Assembly: GCA_017453445.1 (NCBI GenBank)
Contig: JAFTEX010000104.1
Location: 1,174-65,173 of the forward strand
From: Bacteroidaceae bacterium
Lineage (GTDB): Bacteria; Bacteroidota; Bacteroidia; Bacteroidales; Bacteroidaceae
Direction of reading: 5' to 3'
Length of the DNA stretch: 64,000 bases
In this document: positions 61,071 to 64,000 of the stretch, one piece after another
How the letters are laid out: each line of letters opens with the position of its first letter
Position numbering within the stretch: position 1 is the stretch's first letter
The notes under the pieces: model-generated
Seen by the model: the letters and a program-made list of their open reading frames with translations, nothing else
Database searches by the model: none
What the model was told of the DNA's origin: nothing
Position numbers and translations under genes: made by a program

Positions 61071-63117
61071 CAAACTACAGAACGAGAATCCCTTTCTCAA
61101 CAAGACCTACGGCACACCGTTCGACACGGTGCCCTTCGACAAGATTCGCTTCGAGCACTACGAAGCGGCCATGCAGGAAGGGATGAAACGTGACGAGGAG
61201 GACATTGCCCGCATCGTCGGGAACCCCGAGCCGCCGACCTTCGACAACACCATCATACCGAAAGGCGACCGCACGCTGACGCGCGTCTCTAACGTCTTCT
61301 TCAACCTCTTGAGCGCGAACACGAACGACGACATGGACGCACTGGCACAGAAGATGTCGCCCATTCTGACCGAACACAGCAACCGAATCATGCTCAACCC
61401 CGACCTGTGGCAACGCGTCAAGGCGGTCCATGCCGACCACCGTCCGCTGAGTCCCGAGGAACAGACGTTGCTGGAGAACATGTATCAATCGTTCGTCCGA
61501 CACGGGGCACTACTGTCCGACGAGGACAAACTGCGGTTTACCCAGTTGCAGACCGAGCTGAGCCAAGTGACACTCCAGTTTCAGCAGAACATGCTCAAGG
61601 AGACGAACGCCTTCCAGCTCCACGTCACCGACCAGAACGACCTGTCGGGATTGCCCGAGAGTCAAGTCGAAGCCGCCGCCCTGGCAGCAAAGGAACACGG
61701 ACTCAAGGGATGGCTCTTCACCCTGCAGGCTCCCAGCTACGGTCCCTTCATGACGTATGCCGACAATCGGGAACTCAGGCAGCGGATGTACATGGCCCAC
61801 GCGACCCTCTGCACCCACGACAACGAGCACAACAACCTGCGCCTCGTGCCGCGCATCGTCAACCTGCGCCGGCAGCTGGCAGCCCTGCTCGGCTATCCCA
61901 CCTTTGCCGACTTCATTCTCGAAAAGCGCATGGCGGGCGACGTGGCTCACGTCATGAAACTCCTCCGCGACCTGCTCGCGGCCTACATGCCCACGGCACG
62001 GAAGGAGATGGAGGAAATCGAGGCACTGGCACGCGAAACCGAAGGCCCCGACTACCGACTGAAACCCTGGGACCTCTCCTACTACAGCCACAAGCTGAAG
62101 GTGAGACGCTATGACCTGGACAGCGAAATGCTGCGCCCCTACTTCGAACTCTCTAAAGTCAAGGCCGGAGTCTTCGGTCTTGCCACCCGGCTCTACGGCA
62201 TCACCTTCACCCTTCGCCCCGACATTGCGGTCTACCATCCCGACGTCGAGGCTTGGGAAGTGGCGGAGGCCGACGGCACCTACCTGGGCATCCTCTACAC
62301 TGACTTTCATCCGCGCGCCTCGAAACAGAGCGGAGCCTGGATGACAACCTTCAAGGAACAATGGCTCGACGAGGACGACGGCAGCGACAGCCGCCCCCAC
62401 GCCTCCATCACCATGAACCTGACCAAACCCACAGAGACCCGGCCCTCCCTGCTCACACTCGGAGAGGTCGAGACCTTCCTCCACGAGTTCGGCCACTCGC
62501 TCCACGCGCTCTTCTCGAAGGTTCGCTTCGAAAGCCTCTCCTGCACCAACGTATACTGGGACTTCGTGGAACTGCCAAGCCAGTTCATGGAGAACTATGC
62601 CGTCGAGCCGGACTTTCTCTGCACCTTCGCCCGCCACTACGAGACCGGCGAACCCATGCCACAGGAACTCATCGACCGAATTCGCCGCAGCAAGAACTTC
62701 ATGGCAGGATATGCCTGCGTGCGCCAGGTGAGCCTGGGACTGCTCGACATGGCATACTACACGCTCGACCACGACTTCGAGGGCGATGTCATGCAGTTCG
62801 AGCGCGAGGCATGTCGCGACTGCCAGATGCTCTCCCCCGTCGAGGGTGCCTCGATGTCGGCCCAGTTCGGCCACATCATGAGCGGAGGCTACGCCGCAGG
62901 CTACTATAGTTACAAGTGGGCAGAAGTGCTCGATGCCGATGCCTTCTCACTGTTCAAGGCCAACGGCATCTTCGACACCGCAACCGCCCAACGCTTCCGC
63001 CAGGAAGTGCTCTCGCGCGGAGCCACCGAACCTCCCATGACACTCTACAAACACTTCCGCGGACAGGAACCCACCATCGACGCACTACTCAGACGAAACG
63101 GAATCGAACATGGATAA
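61039..63117 (+). CDS. dcp: M3 family metallopeptidase (peptidyl-dipeptidase Dcp-like)
   Basis: Zinc motif HEFGHSLH with a downstream E (FVELPSQFMENY). The protein is 692 aa. The start could be the ATG at 61051 or 61060 instead. Confidence 0.9.
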   Translation: MKTTMRRMENNKLQNENPFLNKTYGTPFDTVPFDKIRFEHYEAAMQEGMKRDEEDIARIVGNPEPPTFDNTIIPKGDRTLTRVSNVFFNLLSANTNDDMDALAQKMSPILTEHSNRIMLNPDLWQRVKAVHADHRPLSPEEQTLLENMYQSFVRHGALLSDEDKLRFTQLQTELSQVTLQFQQNMLKETNAFQLHVTDQNDLSGLPESQVEAAALAAKEHGLKGWLFTLQAPSYGPFMTYADNRELRQRMYMAHATLCTHDNEHNNLRLVPRIVNLRRQLAALLGYPTFADFILEKRMAGDVAHVMKLLRDLLAAYMPTARKEMEEIEALARETEGPDYRLKPWDLSYYSHKLKVRRYDLDSEMLRPYFELSKVKAGVFGLATRLYGITFTLRPDIAVYHPDVEAWEVAEADGTYLGILYTDFHPRASKQSGAWMTTFKEQWLDEDDGSDSRPHASITMNLTKPTETRPSLLTLGEVETFLHEFGHSLHALFSKVRFESLSCTNVYWDFVELPSQFMENYAVEPDFLCTFARHYETGEPMPQELIDRIRRSKNFMAGYACVRQVSLGLLDMAYYTLDHDFEGDVMQFEREACRDCQMLSPVEGASMSAQFGHIMSGGYAAGYYSYKWAEVLDADAFSLFKANGIFDTATAQRFRQEVLSRGATEPPMTLYKHFRGQEPTIDALLRRNGIEHG

Positions 63118-63541
63118 GAAACAAAGAGACCTCGACCTGCGCTACCTGCGCATGGCCGCCATCTGGGCCGAGAACAGCTACTGCCAGCGACGGCAGGTGG
63201 GCGCCCTCATCGTCAAGGACAAGATGATTATCAGCGACGGCTACAACGGCACGCCCTCGGGATTCGAGAACATCTGCGAGGACGAGGACAACCTGACCAA
63301 GCCTTACGTCCTCCACGCCGAGGCGAACGCCATCACCAAGATTGCACGCTCCGGCAACAACAGCGACGGAGCCACGCTCTACGTCACCGACTCCCCCTGC
63401 ATCGAATGTGTCAAACTCATCATCCAAGCCGGCATCAAACGCGTCATCTACGCACGCGAATACCGCATCACCGACGGCATACAGCTGCTGCGGCGCGCCG
63501 GCATCGAGACCCTCGTCCAGCCCATCCTTAATGAAAGTTGA
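63110..63541 (+). CDS. Deoxycytidylate (dCMP) deaminase
   Basis: Zinc-binding motifs HAEANAI and PCIECVKLI. The protein is 143 aa. The last codons and the stop lie in a heptamer array. Confidence 0.9.
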   Translation: MDKKQRDLDLRYLRMAAIWAENSYCQRRQVGALIVKDKMIISDGYNGTPSGFENICEDEDNLTKPYVLHAEANAITKIARSGNNSDGATLYVTDSPCIECVKLIIQAGIKRVIYAREYRITDGIQLLRRAGIETLVQPILNES

Positions 63542-63633
63542 ACGTTGAAAGTTGAAAGTTGAAAGTTCTTACTCCGCGATGCCACGCAAGCGGCAAAGCC
63601 GAGCGGAAAGTTGAAAGTTGAAAGTTGAAAATT
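63533..63633. repeat. Two direct heptamer blocks (gaaagtt-type, 5 + 4 units) flanking a unique 38-nt GC-rich spacer
   Basis: Block A is 63533-63567 (second unit gaacgtt). The spacer is 63568-63605. Block B is 63606-63633 (last unit gaaaatt). Confidence 0.95.
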
Positions 63634-63637
63634 AGAA

Positions 63638-64000
63638 ATGAACAAGACCCGCCTCACCCCCCTCTACATTGCCCTTAGCCTCATCGGAGGCATACTCATC
63701 GGCACCTTCTATGCCAACCACTTCTCGGGCAACCGACTCAGCATCATCAACACCGGAAGCAACAAAATCAACTTCCTGCTCCAGATGATTGACGACAAAT
63801 ACGTCGACACCGTCAGCATGAACAGCCTCGTGGAACAGTCGATGCCCAAGATTCTTTCCGAGCTCGACCCCCACTCGGCCTACATATCAGCCTCTGAGGC
63901 CGACGAGGCAAACGAAGACCTCAAAGGCAGTTTCTCCGGTGTCGGCATCAGCTTCAACACCGTGAAGGACTCCGTAAACGTCATGAGCTGCATCAAGGGC
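63638..64000 (+). CDS. S41 family C-terminal processing peptidase, N-terminal fragment (3' end outside the window)
   Basis: Hand translation gives MNKTRLTPLYIALSLIGGILIGTFY...KINFLLQMIDDKYVDTVSMNSLVEQSMPKILSELDPHSAYISASEADEANEDLKGSFSGVGISF. This is the typical N-terminus of Bacteroidetes S41 peptidases, and the frame stays open to the window edge. Confidence 0.7.
   Translation, partial: MNKTRLTPLYIALSLIGGILIGTFYANHFSGNRLSIINTGSNKINFLLQMIDDKYVDTVSMNSLVEQSMPKILSELDPHSAYISASEADEANEDLKGSFSGVGISFNTVKDSVNVMSCIKG

Noticed and set aside
61510-62874. 454-aa minus-strand ORF opposite the M3 peptidase gene
   Set aside because: It is antisense to a gene with the HEFGH zinc motif and has no motifs of its own. 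The same artefact class includes 57872-58810, 16413-17480, 11065-12102, 36695-37693, 45766-47094, 10134-10976 and 59333-60097.
63533-63633. Repeat-spacer-repeat layout considered as a mini CRISPR array
   Set aside because: The repeats are 7-nt tandem units rather than 24-48-nt CRISPR repeats. There is only one spacer and no cas genes. The 69-aa ORF at 63448-63657 is the repeat read in frame.

Overview
This is a chromosomal window from a Bacteroidales bacterium that looks Prevotella-like. That assignment is inferred from gene content: a T9SS C-terminal sorting domain, DUF4835/PorD-like next to recN, ftsK-lolA-trxB synteny, many Bacteroidetes-specific DUF families, and TAnnTTTG -7 boxes 18-75 nt upstream of many start codons.

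I support about 57 protein genes. Most are housekeeping: rimO, ftsY, nth, pgk, recN, tilS, dapA, ligA, ftsK, trxB, apbE, dcp, dCMP deaminase, cutC, two HU paralogs, a CaCA antiporter, an MFS transporter and an ABC ATPase. There are also glycan-related genes (GH31, GH43, and a 1369-aa clan GH-A-like enzyme ending in a dockerin), one tRNA-Arg(CCG), and one truncated ABC-2 permease remnant. I saw no rRNA, CRISPR array, transposase, integrase or recombinase.

The one clearly accessory segment is a low-GC block at about 17.5-22.6 kb. It carries a mosaic 1187-aa T9SS adhesin-like protein, a small acidic ORF and a DUF4160/DUF2442 pair.

I did not find a convincing new multi-gene protein system such as a defence operon. 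The strongest unexplained signals are non-coding:
- Five short-unit tandem arrays with unrelated unit sequences (four heptamers, one nonamer), each anchored at or next to a stop codon.
- A family of modular AT-rich palindromes with extra copies of one arm and cgcc linkers.
- Structured leaders upstream of the GH31 gene and the adhesin gene.
- A bistable nested palindrome next to the tRNA.

All family assignments come from reading the translations by eye. No database search was run.
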